Source: Schizosaccharomyces osmophilus
Lineage: Eukaryota
Assembly (NCBI RefSeq): GCF_027921745.1
Contig: NC_079240.1
Span: 1,922,001 to 1,986,000, forward strand
Direction of reading: 5' to 3'
Length of the DNA: 64,000 nucleotides
Under the pieces are notes generated by a model that did not search any database, was not told where the DNA came from, and saw only the letters and a program-made list of their open reading frames with translations. Below, piece after piece: positions 37,983 through 51,288 of this stretch. Numbering within the stretch: position 1 is the stretch's first letter; the number at the start of each line of letters is the position of its first letter. Position numbers and translations under genes: made by a program.

Positions 37983-40223
37983 GATTAATCAGATTGTCGT
38001 TTGATTTAGCTAATCAAGTCAGTGGACTCTGAAAATACTTAAAGAAACTAACTAAGTAGAATCCAACATATACTTGAATAACTCTTACAACTCACAAACT
38101 CATACACTCAGCCATATAATAATACAGCGTAAACCCCCAGCTGTGACAAATCCAGTATTATTATTATTGCTCGCCAAGGGGCTGCTGAGTCTTGTTATAT
38201 TGATTATCAAAGAGCGAGGATTTTCACTGATGGATGCATGTCAATAGAGATCGACATTTAGCCGACAAAGTGGTTAGCGAGATGAAAAATAGAAACCATC
38301 GAATGCAAATCTCCTCCAGTAGACTGGAAGGACAACTTGGGATCCACCCAAAAGTTATTTGTATTGATATGAAAGAAACAATGAATTAAAACACTTTCCG
38401 AAGATTTACAATCTTTAATGCTTGGAAGAACAAATATGTACATGCTTATTCATTGATAAGAAGTGTCAATAGTGGTGAGGACTGGTCAAGAGTTGACCGA
38501 GTGTCCACTCCATGAGCAAGAACGAAACGATATGACAAAAGATGCAATGGACAACGGGTTCCAATCTGATCTGAAAAAGGAACCAATTGCGATTCGCTAC
38601 AGATTTGCATTTCGAGACTTGTTTGCTTGCAATCCTGATGAAGAAGATCGATCTCTCTTGTAAACAAGAACCACGTCATCTGGAAACCGATCTCCGATGT
38701 ACAAGAGAAAGTATAGTAGCAAATCGGTTTTAACGTAATAGAAACAGTTTTCATTTTAATAGAAAAAAACAATATAGAATTAAAAAGGAAAAGGAAAAAC
38801 AAATCGATAAATTCAATAGTGGACGCAGCATTATTCCTTAAATATAATTCTTCCCCTGTATAACAATAAACCTTTTCGAGATTTAACATTTTGTCTCTTT
38901 TTTACCTCTTTAAGCTTATCTGTCTTTCGTTAACTCTGTTACCTGAACGAAAAAACATTGTTATCAAGGATACGTAATCCGAGGCAGCAATTCCATTAGC
39001 TTTCCTATGCAGGTTCCCAATATAGCAGTTGATGAGCGCGTAAAAGACGAGTTTGCAAGCTCCTGGGTGGTCAACTTTTTATTGATACGCGACGATATTA
39101 AGATTATCTTGTAGATGAACGATAGTTTGTGGATAGAAAAGAAAAGAGGAGGAAAAACAAGAGACAAAAGGCATTTTGAGACGCATATAGCCAACTTTTT
39201 ATATATAAAAAAGAAGAATTGATTTTTTTATTTCATTTAAATATATAAAACCGGGAAATTTCCAAAGTCCCAAATTGGAGTTATCAGCTCTTTGTCTTGT
39301 TGCTAATCATTCAACAACTTGCCGTGAACCAACTACGAAAAGTCATTACTTTCTGAGAATAGAACTCTCGAGACAATTGAAGAGAGCTGAATATACCAGC
39401 AGCTTCTCCATCCAAGCTAAGCTCTCTTGGCGGGTATCCTGTTTTCCTCCAATTACAAAAACGTTGCCAGTCTTTCGGGGCTTTTTTATGTATACGGATT
39501 TACGTTTCAGGACTCTTCTTTTTTGTTTCTGCTGACTGCAATTGATTTCTCTGTTCAATTCTGCTGATTGCTGTTTCCTTTTTCCTCCCCAAAAAAATCT
39601 TGTATATCTATCGATTCTTGTCTTTGAATCCAATCCACGCCTTAACCTTGAATTGGACATTGCATTTTAGTCCAATTCCTTTTCTCTAATCAATTTCTTT
39701 CTTTTTTTTCCGCTCCCTTTTTGGAAGCATTTCTATCCGGCCACTGCTTGTCAGAAGTATCTTCGCCTGACTGTTTTGGTTTGTGCGCTTTTTTTTTTTG
39801 TCATCTCCAAGTCGTGTTTTCTTTCCCATTTGAAAAAAGGTTTGTATCTTGACTTCTTTTTCCTCTCCTTTTTTCCCTTTACGATCATATTCATTTACGT
39901 ATCTCCTAATATTCTTGGATTCCTTTTGCCGTTTATCCCGATATTTTGACCTTTTGGTTTTTCTTGAATCCAGGAGTTTTTTGTTCCTTTTATATTCCAA
40001 TTTGTGATCTTTGATTTGTTCCTGCATAGGTTCGCCATTGTATCATCGTATCCCAAACTAAACATCAATAATTTTTTCCTGTTTCTTTTCACATTCTTTT
40101 GTTTTTTTTTTCTTTTGAATACACATATTTATCTTTTCCCCCATCCTGTTATTTCTTTGCTCTTTGAATTTCTGTTTCCGTTCTTGGTGAGTTTTCTTTT
40201 TTCTTCTTTTTGGAATGATCACA

Positions 40224-41943
40224 ATGTCTATTGCTCCTTCCGCTTCTTCCGCTACTGATAAACGAATGGAGCGTCCTCTCGACAACCGCAAAGCGGTCAA
40301 ATCCCCCATGCCAAAGATAGCACAGGATCACGTTGCTCCTGTGAAAAGTATGTGGAAAAATTGATTTTTAGTTTTCGTCCTTACTAACCTTTGTCCTTTT
40401 AGATTTGCAACATGTTCCCTGCAAGTTCTTTCGTCATGGTACATGTACTGCCGGTGAGAATTGCCCTTTTAGTCATTCTCTTGAAACAGAGCGTCCAGTT
40501 TGTAAATACCATCTGAAAGGAAATTGCAAATTTGGCTCCAAATGTGCTCTTTCTCATTCGCTCCCAGTCAATGACTCTGCAATCCCCTCTGGCTTGTCTG
40601 AAACCAATCCCCCTCCAAATCATCTTCCATTTGGTAACTCTATGAAACACATGCCGAGCTCTTCCATTTCCTCTTCGTTCCCCCAGAAAATTCAAAGAAC
40701 CGCGTTTGATCAAATGGATTTGAAGGGCTCCATCGGCATGAAAAGTAATCTTCTTAATCCTGGCTTTTCTGCGTCCCCTCCGTCTTTGCCTCCCTTCTCT
40801 CATTCTCCAGGACGTTCTTCTACGTCTTCTTATCTAAATAATCTCACGTCTACTCAACCACTGTTAGGCACCGCAAATCATGGTAAACAGCTCGACGATT
40901 ATTCTACCGATATTAATTCGGGATTGGCTTCCTCTATGAATGGTGTTTCTATTGCATCCTCCTTGGCTACGTCGCCATCTTCATTTAGCGCTGCATCGAG
41001 TGCATCCTCAAACAACCTCAATGGTTCCAAAGGGCTTTTACATCAACAAATGAATAATGAAAACAACCGAGATTACATGATCCGCCATCCATCTCTCTTA
41101 ACCACTTATGCAAATCGGCCTTCTTCTGAGAAAACCACTTCTTTGTCGAAATTGCCTGCAGAATTGGTGAAACCTAATGCACCATTACAGAGTCCTCAAC
41201 TGAATGGTAAGGTTAATAGTAATTTACCCAAGCATCGTCCTTCCGTTAACCCTTCTCTTACCGGGATTCAGCTTTCGTCAGGTGCTACACGTCGATATGC
41301 AGTTCGCAGTAATTCTTATGCCGATGCATTCCCCTCGGTGGTTTCCACAAGTCTGCCAAATCGTGTGGATTTGAATCATCAAATGGACATGAGTGACGAT
41401 GAACAGAGGTACCTGAATACTCCAATGGGTAGCTTTGACGAGCCATTTTTGGGTTCATCTCCTGTTGGTAAAACGAGTTCAAGTATGAAACAATTATCTG
41501 CTCCTTTGTCCATGATGAGTCCTACTTTGCCATCTCGTTCCACAGCAAACACTTTGCAAAACAGTAGATTTGGTGCTTATTTTTCAAAATCTAAATATGT
41601 TGACACGAATGCCGGTTCTACTAAAAGTACCACCCCTCAACAGGCTGGCGTTGCCGGTGCTCCCATGAAAATGCCCTCTTCGTTTGGTGTTCGTGAAGAA
41701 TCAGTGTTCAGTTCTCCGATAAATGAATTAACCAGACCTCAGCAACTTGCAAGGCTCAAGAGCGAACCGATTTTTAGAGCCGGATCTGTATCACCTGTGA
41801 CTACAGGTGGAATTAATGAATCTAAGAATGATTATACGTTGAGTCCAGGAAGCAATGGATTATCGCGGGTATCCGTTGCAAACACATCTCCTGCTTGGAA
41901 CTCAACGCTAGAAGAAGAAACGACATTTCAAATGGATGACTGA
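40224..41943 (+). CDS. Tandem CCCH zinc-finger protein (Cps3/Lee1-like), exons 40224-40347 and 40403-41943
   Basis: Two CCCH fingers (CKFFRHGTCTAGENCPFSH; CKYHLKGNCKFGSKCALSH), a long Ser/Pro-rich tail and the C-terminus EEETTFQMDD. Confidence 0.85.
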
Positions 41944-42714
41944 CTATCACAACATGCTCTTTAACACAAATGATAGAGCTTCAAAAAATAAAAATAGCTG
42001 TTTGATGATTACTAGCAACAAATATTTTGTAAGTAATTTGTCATGGTTTCCCAGAAAAGTTTCCCTTATTCCTTATTTCAAGGGGAACTCATACAATCAT
42101 TCTTGCAAGTAATAATTGTACGACTGCATTTTATTTATGGGTCTGATTTATAAGAAAACGAAACGAAAAGGATGAATTTGTTTGGGGATGCTTTGGCATG
42201 TCTATGAATCTATTTCTACGAAAAAGGAGGTGATGCATCCAACCTTCTATAAAATAAACCGAATACCCATAAAGGAAAAGTCGTTGGGAAACGAATGTTC
42301 TTACTTCGGTAAAAAGTGAGATTTATTATTATGCTTGTTGAATTTTCTAAAAAAATTTAAATGTAATTAAAATGCTTGATTTTAGGGCCACTGTGCGTTG
42401 GCCTTTTATAATTAAGAAAAGTAAATGTCTTTGATAAGAACGATTTCTACTGAAATATGAAGCGCGTAAAGATTTGATGTTCGCGCGGAAAAGATAATTT
42501 CGTTATAGCTGTAATTATAAAGATTTAATGAATGTATTGATCTAAAGATGGATACAACAATGAATAAGACAAGAAAATTAATTGGAATAAATTTGGTTTA
42601 CTTTTTAACTATTGGTAAATACCACAAACGGAAAGAAAGGAAAATTGGATAAAGTAAAAAGGGAAAGCGATATTAATTATAATTGATCACGCTTAGTTGT
42701 CGTTGGGAAATGGT

Positions 42715-43464
42715 TTAGCAGGTGAAAGCATTAAGTTTGTGGTAAACAGGTCGATTGGGAAGAGGAGACCAAACACGACGGCTGTTGATTCTATCGTTTC
42801 GACGTTTTAAATCACGTAAAAGGGCTCGTTCATCTTTAAGAAGGACGGTTATACGAACTCTAGGACGTCTGTGAACAGCATGACCACCCCGACCTCGAGT
42901 AACGAGTTTTTTGATGTAAGTGGCTTTTCCAACCCATGCTTGGTCAATGTAAAGGGTTTTTTCATCAAGACCAGCTTTCGCAACGGCATCCTCGCGAGCA
43001 TTTACGAGAGCAGAAGCGATAGATTTAGAGACGCGTTTTTCGGAAAATTTCATCTGTAAAAGGGCATGGTAAAAAGGCTTTCTAGAGATTTGGCGACAAA
43101 GGTTGCCAGCTTTTTTCAAAGATGAGCGAAATATTTTTGATTGATGAGTGTGGGAAGGATCCATGGTTAAAAGGCGTTTTGTAGATATCCGTTTCCATGG
43201 GCGAGATTTTTGTTCAGGAGTTTCAGTGGAAGGTGTCTGAGATTGTTCTTGTAAAGTAGAAAAAATACTAGACCCTGTTCGCTCTCCGGTCTCTAATGAG
43301 CCTGGGGCTTGATTCCATGAACTAGGGGTCTGAGAGAAGCATCGGATAGGGCGTAAAGTACAAATTTTAGAGAAATGCAATGATGAATTTCCATAGAGAC
43401 CCAAATTGCCCACAAAACGATTGCTGAATTTGGGCAAATGGATCGAACAAGTCCAAATACTCAT
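42715..43464 (-). CDS. mrpl22: Mitochondrial ribosomal protein L22 (uL22m)
   Basis: SSLKKAGNLCRQI, LYIDQAWVGK and RGRGG motifs, with an N-terminal mitochondrial presequence. Confidence 0.9.
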   Translation of the reverse strand: MSIWTCSIHLPKFSNRFVGNLGLYGNSSLHFSKICTLRPIRCFSQTPSSWNQAPGSLETGERTGSSIFSTLQEQSQTPSTETPEQKSRPWKRISTKRLLTMDPSHTHQSKIFRSSLKKAGNLCRQISRKPFYHALLQMKFSEKRVSKSIASALVNAREDAVAKAGLDEKTLYIDQAWVGKATYIKKLVTRGRGGHAVHRRPRVRITVLLKDERALLRDLKRRNDRINSRRVWSPLPNRPVYHKLNAFTC

Positions 43465-44002
43465 TTCGAAGCGCTGCCAAAATGTTCAGAAAAAAAAACT
43501 AAACAGAAATAAAAAGTAAATTGAAATATCTTGCTTACAACATAAACAAACTCCAAACTTAAAAGACCGCGTCCCCTTAATGAAATGAGAGAAAAGCCAG
43601 GTCTTGCTCAAAGGTACCAAGGAACAGAATACGATAGTACGCCTGTTTACGTTAATGACTTTACCAGCCTTACGGTAGTAACACGCTAAAGTAATAGAAC
43701 ACAAAATAGCAATACTGAACAAAACATAAAACAGCTCGTAATATGAAAGGCTTAAATGTTAAAGGTGTATCATCACTTCAATTGTAAACAAACTGCTCCT
43801 TCTAAGCGTATACAATTAATATCAAATCTTACGCGTAATTTTGTACTCGGGACGAACTTTTAAAGAAGCAAATGATATTTTTTTTAATTTTTGAGAGTTT
43901 AGGCGAATGAACTGTTATGATTAATAAAGATTTGAGCAAAGAAAGGTTGAATTGATTCCACTAGAAAAGGTCCGCATTGATTATAAAAGTGAATTAATAA
44001 GT

Positions 44003-47000
44003 ATGGAAGAGATAACTATAGCCAAACGGGCGCACAATCCGTATGAGGGTGTGAAGAACAGTACATTGGAAATGTGGGATCAACTGAAAAACACTACAGA
44101 CGCTCAAGAGGTTGTCTTTGATGATATTCCAGACGAGGCCTTAATTCATCAAATGAAAATCCATCAAGAGAAACGATTAGACTACCAGTCCCAAAGTTAT
44201 GCCGTGGACGAAGTGAATGAAAGCATAGCGAATTGCAACTTATCACCAAAAAGAAATGCTTTCTTGGATGGGAATGCAATAGAAAAAGAAAATGCTATGA
44301 ATAATTCTGTACCTTTGGAATCAAAGACGAACAGTGCAAATCAAACCAGGGTACGACACAGGCCTCACGATGTAGACAGGAAAGAACAAGGGAATCATTG
44401 GAGGACCCTTCCGGATATTCCCATTTTCCAAGAACTTTCATCTGCGTCTGTTGATTTGCCAAAAAATGATGTTTTTGGTGGATACAACAATTTTGAACAT
44501 TATCTAAGCGTGCATTATAAGTTGCTTCGAGAAGATGCTATTTCTCCTCTTAGGGAAAGTGTGTTAAGATACAAAAAGGATCCAACCTGTACCTCCTCTC
44601 CTTCATTCGCTGTTTACGATCATGTTCGTATTATTGGACAAATAATCGCTACTAGTTCAGTCGTCACCAAACTTTCGTTTTCTGTTCGAGCTCAAAAACG
44701 GATATCTTGGGCCACGAGTCGACGTTTGATTTCTGGAAGTATCGTTCTTTTAAGTCAAGATAATTTTGAGCATTTTCGTGTGGGTACGGTTTGCGCTCGT
44801 CCATTAAGCGGTTTAAGAAAATATCCTCACGAAGTCGATGTTTTCTTTCACGACTTTAATCTTGAATTGGATTCAAGGAAAGAATTCGTGATGATTGAAG
44901 CAACTTCTGGCTATTGGGAAGCTTACAAGCATGTTTTATCTAACCTCCAAAAACTTTCTGGGCACCGTTTTCCCATGAAAGACTATTTTGTTAGTTGTAA
45001 GCAAAATTCTGAAGTTGCTAGGTATGTACAACATGATCCCCTAATGCGAATCAACTCTATTTTAGGGAGCTCTCAGCCGCCAATCGATATATTGGAACCT
45101 TTTCCTTCTTACGATGATTACTTGTTAGACAAGTCTCAGTTAAAAGCATATCAATCCATGCTTACACAGAAACTAGCAATCATACAAGGGCCGCCTGGAA
45201 CAGGAAAAACTTTTGTTGCTTTAAAGGCAATCCAAACTCTTTTAGAAAATTCAAACCCCAATGTACTTCCCATCTTGGTTGCATGTCAAACGAATCATGC
45301 TGTTGACCAAATTCTCCTTCAACTTCTGCGCGAAGGCGCAGAAGTTGTACGACTCGGTGGTCGTACTCGAGTCCCTGAAATCCAAGACGTATCTGTTTAT
45401 GAGAAGCTCAAGTCGATGAGAAATACATTCCATGCGTCTTATAAGGAGATAAAGAGAAAGAAAAGTCGGCTTATGAAACAAATGCTAAACATTATGTCAA
45501 ACTTTTCAAATGAGTATCTAAAGTTTACGTATCTACATAGTGAAGGAATTATTACAACGGCTCAATTACAATCATTCATTCAAAACTCTGCTTGGGTAAA
45601 TGTTGTTTCCGATAGTGATGACTCAACAGAAGAAGAACAGATCGAGTGTTGGTTAGGTGAAACGAAATTAGATTTGGTAACACCAAAACAGACCGTTTAT
45701 GATTATGAAGAAGAGCTGCAGATTGAGGCTGAACAACTAGAAGAACTAGAACAAGAAGCAAAGGAAAATCTTACTTTTGAGGATGACGAATTGCGCGGCG
45801 TCTTTGCAGATTTTAGGCGAAAGTACGACTTTTTTGAAGGTGTTGAGCTTCATAAGGAAGAGTTGAAAGGCTTTTTAACCATAGAAAACGTTTGGGATAT
45901 TCCAGAATTTAGCAGAGGCATGGTTTATAAGCATTGGCTTCAATTAGCTTATGAAAATGCAGAATCCCGATTGAGACATTTGCATAAAATATATAGTAAA
46001 TTGGATAAAGAAAGAATCAATCTTTCTAACAAGCGAGTCGGTGCTCTCCTTCGTAATGCTAATGTTGTTGGGATGACTACAACGGGGCTAAACAAGTATC
46101 GGAATATCTTGGAAAGCATTCGACCTAAGATTTGCTTTATCGAAGAAGCTGCAAATATTCTTGAAGGACCAATCATACCTGCCGTCTTTCCATCCTTAGA
46201 ACAATTGATTTTAATTGGAGACCATAAACAATTGCGTCCAAGCTGCTCCACATTTGCGCTTGCTAGATCCCCATTTAATTTATCTGTTTCGATCTTCGAG
46301 CGTTTGGTGGAAAATGAAATGGTTTGCGATATGTTAAGTATACAAAGGCGTAAGTAGAGTAAGTTGAGGTTTGGTATTAACAATAAAAGGTATGCATCCT
46401 AAAATCCGTCAGTTAGTCGATTCAGTCTATTTTGGATTATCCGATCATCCAATTGCGAGGTGCAGGCCTGCTATTCCAGGAATGGGACAATTGCGAAGAT
46501 TCTTCTTTACCCATACTAATGTTGAAGATACAGATGGATTTTCTTCTAAATGCAACCAATTTGAAGCTGAGATGTTGGTTCAATTTGCTTCTTATTTGAT
46601 TCTTCATGGAGTGAATCCACTTCAGATTACATGCTTGACATTCTATGTCGCACAGAAAAAAGAAATAGAAAATCTGATCTCGATACATTTACCAGATAAA
46701 AAAGAAAACATAAGAGTTGCAACTGTTGATGGCTATCAAGGCGAAGAAAATGATGTGATACTTTTATCTTTAGTTCGAAACCATGATCAACGGTCAGTGG
46801 GTTTCTTGGATTCGAGCTATCGTGTTTGTGTCGCTCTTTCGCGTGCGAGGCGTAAGGAAATTCATGTGTCATGATTTCTACTAACACCTTATATAGAAGG
46901 TTTATACGTGTTTGGAAATGCTGAAATGGTAGCAAATGCAAATCCCCTTTGGTGGGACGTAATTAATACCTTAACCCAGGATGAGGAACTTCCAGGACTC

Positions 47001-47156
47001 GGAGACTACCTTCCTTTGGAACCGAAAATTGAGAACGATGAGGTATATATATACGGTATGTAAGAGAGGTTCGGTAGTTTTGATTACTGACCATTGTTAG
47101 AACTGAATGATTTGATTGAACTTAACATGAAGTTAAAGAATATGAACGCTGATTGA
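44003..47156 (+). CDS. hrr1: SF1 Upf1/ZNFX1-like RNA helicase Hrr1 (RNAi RDRC), exons 44003-46349, 46390-46851, 46897-47055, 47101-47156
   Basis: IQGPPGTGKT, TNHAVDQ, IEEAA, IGDHKQL, TVDGYQGEE and VALSRAR motifs. Three short canonical introns restore the frame. Confidence 0.88.
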
Positions 47157-47425
47157 TGTCATGAAGCTATGAATAGTGTTGTGTCTTTGAGTAACTGAAG
47201 ATGAGGAATGGAAGCTACTGTAATATGTGAAGTGGTGGAAGTTTCATAATAAAAGCACAAAGATGAAGGTTGCTTATGCAGAGTTTTGACCGTTCGATTT
47301 AGCTGTACGTATATGGAACAGAAAGGACAAACGTAACACTCAAAGGTTATTTCGAATGATGGAAGATGATAAACAATGAAATGAATTCTCTAAAATAATA
47401 ATAAATAACTTTTAAACATGGTTGG

Positions 47426-48391
47426 TTACGAGGGACGAGTTTTGGAAGGATTAGGCTTAGACGAAGTGTAGAAAACGGAAAAGAGGACAAGGGCAATCAA
47501 AAGGACTATGCTAGCCTTAATGTAGTAGAAAGATAGAAAAGGTTCCCACACGCCAGTAATGGGTGACGGAGTACTGTCTTTTTGGGAAGGGTTGGACTCT
47601 GTAATTTCCGATATTACTTTCGAGGAAGAACGGCGTCTAAAGGAGGGAAGTGAAGCTTCTGATTCCTTACGAATTCCGACAAGCTGAGACGAAATATCCT
47701 AAAAGAATTTGTCAGACATTAAACTTTAATAAATCGGCATACCTCTTTCTTGACATTCTGGATAGAACCGATACAATTTTGGATATTTAAAAAAGCTGAC
47801 TCAATTAGGGAGTCTGAATATGCAAAATGAGATTGAGTTTTCTGGAATGCTGCAACAAAAGAGTTATCAGAAAGTTTCTCAGGAGAAGGGAATCGAGATA
47901 AACTGTGGGTAAATGGAACAGGCTGAGGTAAGAGACTGGAACTGGCGATGTGTTAGAAGTAGAAAGAAAAAGTACAAAGATCGACAAGGCATACTCTACG
48001 GAAAAATCAGTAGACATATCATCAATACTTGTGGAATGTAAGGGAGTATTAGATGACATGGACTGTTTATCAAGCGATGTTAACGGCACATTGATAAACG
48101 CTTCTACGAGGTCGCAAGCATCATGTTTTGAAAGCTGATGATTTGGATCATTTTTGACAAATTCATAGGCTAGTTTTTTGATTTCCTTTTTCATCCATGG
48201 GTTTACGTGGAACATGTCGTTGTAATGAATGTCTAATAGGGTAATCAGTTCGGGGACAGATATCTTTTAGAAAAAGTAGTTAGATAAAATGAAACATGAA
48301 CAAATAAGCTACAAACCTTTTCATGTGAGAGCTTCGATATTTGATCAACCAGCTTTCTGTGGTCCATTTTTTGAGAGTCCAACATTTGCAT
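47426..48391 (-). CDS. dms1: Meiotic spindle-pole-body membrane protein Dms1-like, exons 48391-48317, 48263-47995, 47941-47743, 47698-47426 (271 aa)
   Basis: The four-exon model totals 816 nt in frame, ending in a TM helix and the short tail SKPNPSKTRPS. A forkhead site (GTAAACA) is at 48657-48663. The name comes from recalled synteny (SPCC1739.04c). Confidence 0.7.
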
Positions 48392-49699
48392 TGGAGACCG
48401 CACCCGCGTTTATGAAATGAATACTGGGAGGTAATAAGGCAGGATGAGATTGGTAATCCTAAGTGTTTATTTTTTTTTAGCTTTAGCAAACTATCAATAT
48501 CAAGAAGGAAACGCTTAAACGACACAGTCACTGTAAAATTCAAGAGTCACAGAAGTTTCTAATTTCTCATTCTAAAAAGAAGAAAACTTGTCAAAGAAAC
48601 TTATAACACAGAAGTACGAAAAAAAGTGATATGAATGGAAAGACCTGTCGTTGTAGTGTTTACTTGGCTACGTTGCAGTGACTTGACGAGATGACATTGT
48701 TACCAGAAAAGCAAGTGGAAGAGTCTGGTATAAACAACAATGCCGGTGGACTGGATCAGTCAGTTTAGAAAAACATTGATATTTTCATAGAGCAGTGATA
48801 AAAGCTGCCGAAAAAAATAAGCTCATCGTTGGGGCGTGAGGGCGGAAAATGTGTGAAGGGTCTGTCACAAAGTTATCTCATTCTCATTACCTCTCAAGAC
48901 AAGCTCCGAATCCTTCAACATCTCAAATAATTTCCCTTTTTTGTTTCTCCAGTAGCGTTCACAGGCATGGAAGACGTAAGTTTTATGATTTGGAACAAAA
49001 GGAAAGCAATTTTGTTGACGAAGCTTAAGAAAATATAATTTCACGATAAGACGATTGTAAATAAAATAAAGAACGAAAAGAGCCTTTTGTGATCTGTGTT
49101 CAAGTAAGGAAAAAGTTTGCAATGGTCTTAAGAACTAATAGGTTATTAAAAGGTTGCTCCTTGTCAATTTTTTATTCCCAATGATTCAAAATACTTTTGG
49201 TAAAAAAGTCTTGAAAGTCATCGACAACAAGATCGCAGTATGGCATATGTAAATAAAAGTATTTTGATCATTTTCATCAATATATAAATCTATTAGCAAG
49301 GACTTGACTTTTCGTTTGAAGGGGTGCTTATGTTTGTTCTGAATAAAGTTCCTCTGTTTGGCCATTTCTTTAATTGGCATTTAATCATCTCTTATTCCCC
49401 ATCTTTATATATCAGTTGTTTTAAGCTTCCGAGAAATTACAGACTGTTTGGTAGTATTTGGAAAGAAAATTTGGCAAACCCTTTGGCAAACCCAATTGAG
49501 GTTATGTTTGACTATACACGATCTGCTCAAAAGGTTGTACCTCTAACTTCAAATGCCCTTCGCTGCGCTCTTATGAACTAGACGCTTTCCAGTAGATCTC
49601 TTGTAAAAAAAATCTTCCTCCGAAATCGCTGTAAAAGCCCATCCAGCAATTGGTGTCATGATCCTAAACAATCTTTGTTGAGAAGATCCTTTAGCTCAA

Positions 49700-50760
49700 A
49701 TGGTATCCCCTCACAAAAGGAAATCCCAAGTCGACCAATTTGCTGTTTTTCAATAATCATGGTGGCCCTGAACAAACCCATTTTGAGGAAGTTCCCGTGC
49801 CTGAACCTGCATCAGACGAAGTTCTGGTGAATATTAAATACTCGGGTGTATGTCATACAGACTTGCATGCTCTTCAAGGAGACTGGCCTTTGGACGTTAT
49901 ATTACCTGTCGTTGGAGGCCACGAAGGCACTGGCATATAGTGGTCAAATTTGGATATTCTGTTCAAAATGTCAAATAGGCGATCGTGTAGGAATCAAATG
50001 GATAAATGGATCTTGCCTTAAGTGTGAATATCGCCTTTCATCTTGCAAAAGTATTTACCCTGATATAAGCTTGTCTGGTTATTGGTGGATGGAACTTTTC
50101 GGTCCTATGCACTAAAAAAAGCCTCTCATGTCACACCGATTCCTCGAAATGCCCCTCTGGAAATGGCTGCTCCCGTTATGTGTGCTGGGGTTACTGTATC
50201 GAGCTCTCAAAGAAGCGAATATCAAACCTGCTGGCTGGGTTGTTCTTCCTGGTGCAGGAGGCGGTCTTGGTCATCTTGCCGTACAATATGCCAAAGCCAT
50301 GAATATGAGAGTGCTTGCTATTGACACTGGCACTGATAAAGAAGAGCTATGTAAGAGCCTTAGGGCTGAAGCTTTTGTTGATTTTCGAAAGGTGTCGGAT
50401 CTTGTTAGTACAGTAAAGGATCTTATGAATGGAGGTCCTCGTGGTGTTCTCGTACTTTCGACGAGTGCTAAATCTTATCAGCAAGCTACTTAGTTTGCCC
50501 GTCCTGGATCAACCATAGTAACCCTGTCCATGCCAGCTCAAGCTCAACTGAATGCAGACATTTTTTGGTTGACAGTGAAAATGCTCAAAATTTGTGGCTC
50601 GCACGTTGGTAATCGTCTAGATTCCATTGAAACTTTTAAATACGTGTCCCGAGGTCTCGTCAAACTTCATTACAAGGTTCAGCATTTCTCTACCCTTCCT
50701 GAGATATACAAGCAGATGTTTAAAGGAGCTATCGCTGGACGAATTGTTCTACAGCTTTAA
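49700..50760 (+). pseudogene. Zn-dependent alcohol dehydrogenase (adh1-like) pseudogene
   Basis: [41 protein letters not shown] and IAGRIVL motifs spread over at least 4 ORF fragments in different frames, with an in-frame TAG at 50491-50493. Confidence 0.88.
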
Positions 50761-51288
50761 TGAATTTGCTCAAAGTATAATAACTTTTAATTCTTAACGG
50801 GATGTGATCGCAATTTTTTACTTTAACCATGAATTAGCAAGCAAGAATCAAGAGGAACATCTTTGTTTACCTTTATTTCTTACGGTGCATTCCTTTTTTG
50901 TTTTATGCCAATTGTCTATTAATTACCGTTTTAGTACGTTTGAGTTTCCAAGTATTGCTTTTATATTTAGGAGACATCCAGGCTTTTTTAAAAAAGATAG
51001 TCATAGCTAGATGGAAAATCCTTCAAAATATAATGAAGACCCGATATTTCTTTGTTTCGACACTATGTATGTGAAGTGGTTAGACTATACCCAGAAGAAA
51101 GAGAAATATATGGATTTTTTTAAGAAAAAATTTTTTTATTTTTTAATTTTGAAGAAAAAATATATTAGAACCACCTTGAAAGCGCAGAAAGAGTTTTGTA
51201 AAGTTTTTGTTTATTCTGTTGTTTCCCTATAACTGCCACGGAACCATTTTATTTAGTTCTTACTTGAACGAATGCAAAAGTATTCTTT

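Noticed and set aside
39346..40331. Several Lys/Arg-rich minus-strand ORFs
   Set aside because: They are the reverse complement of the T/C-rich leader upstream of the CCCH gene, a compositional artefact.
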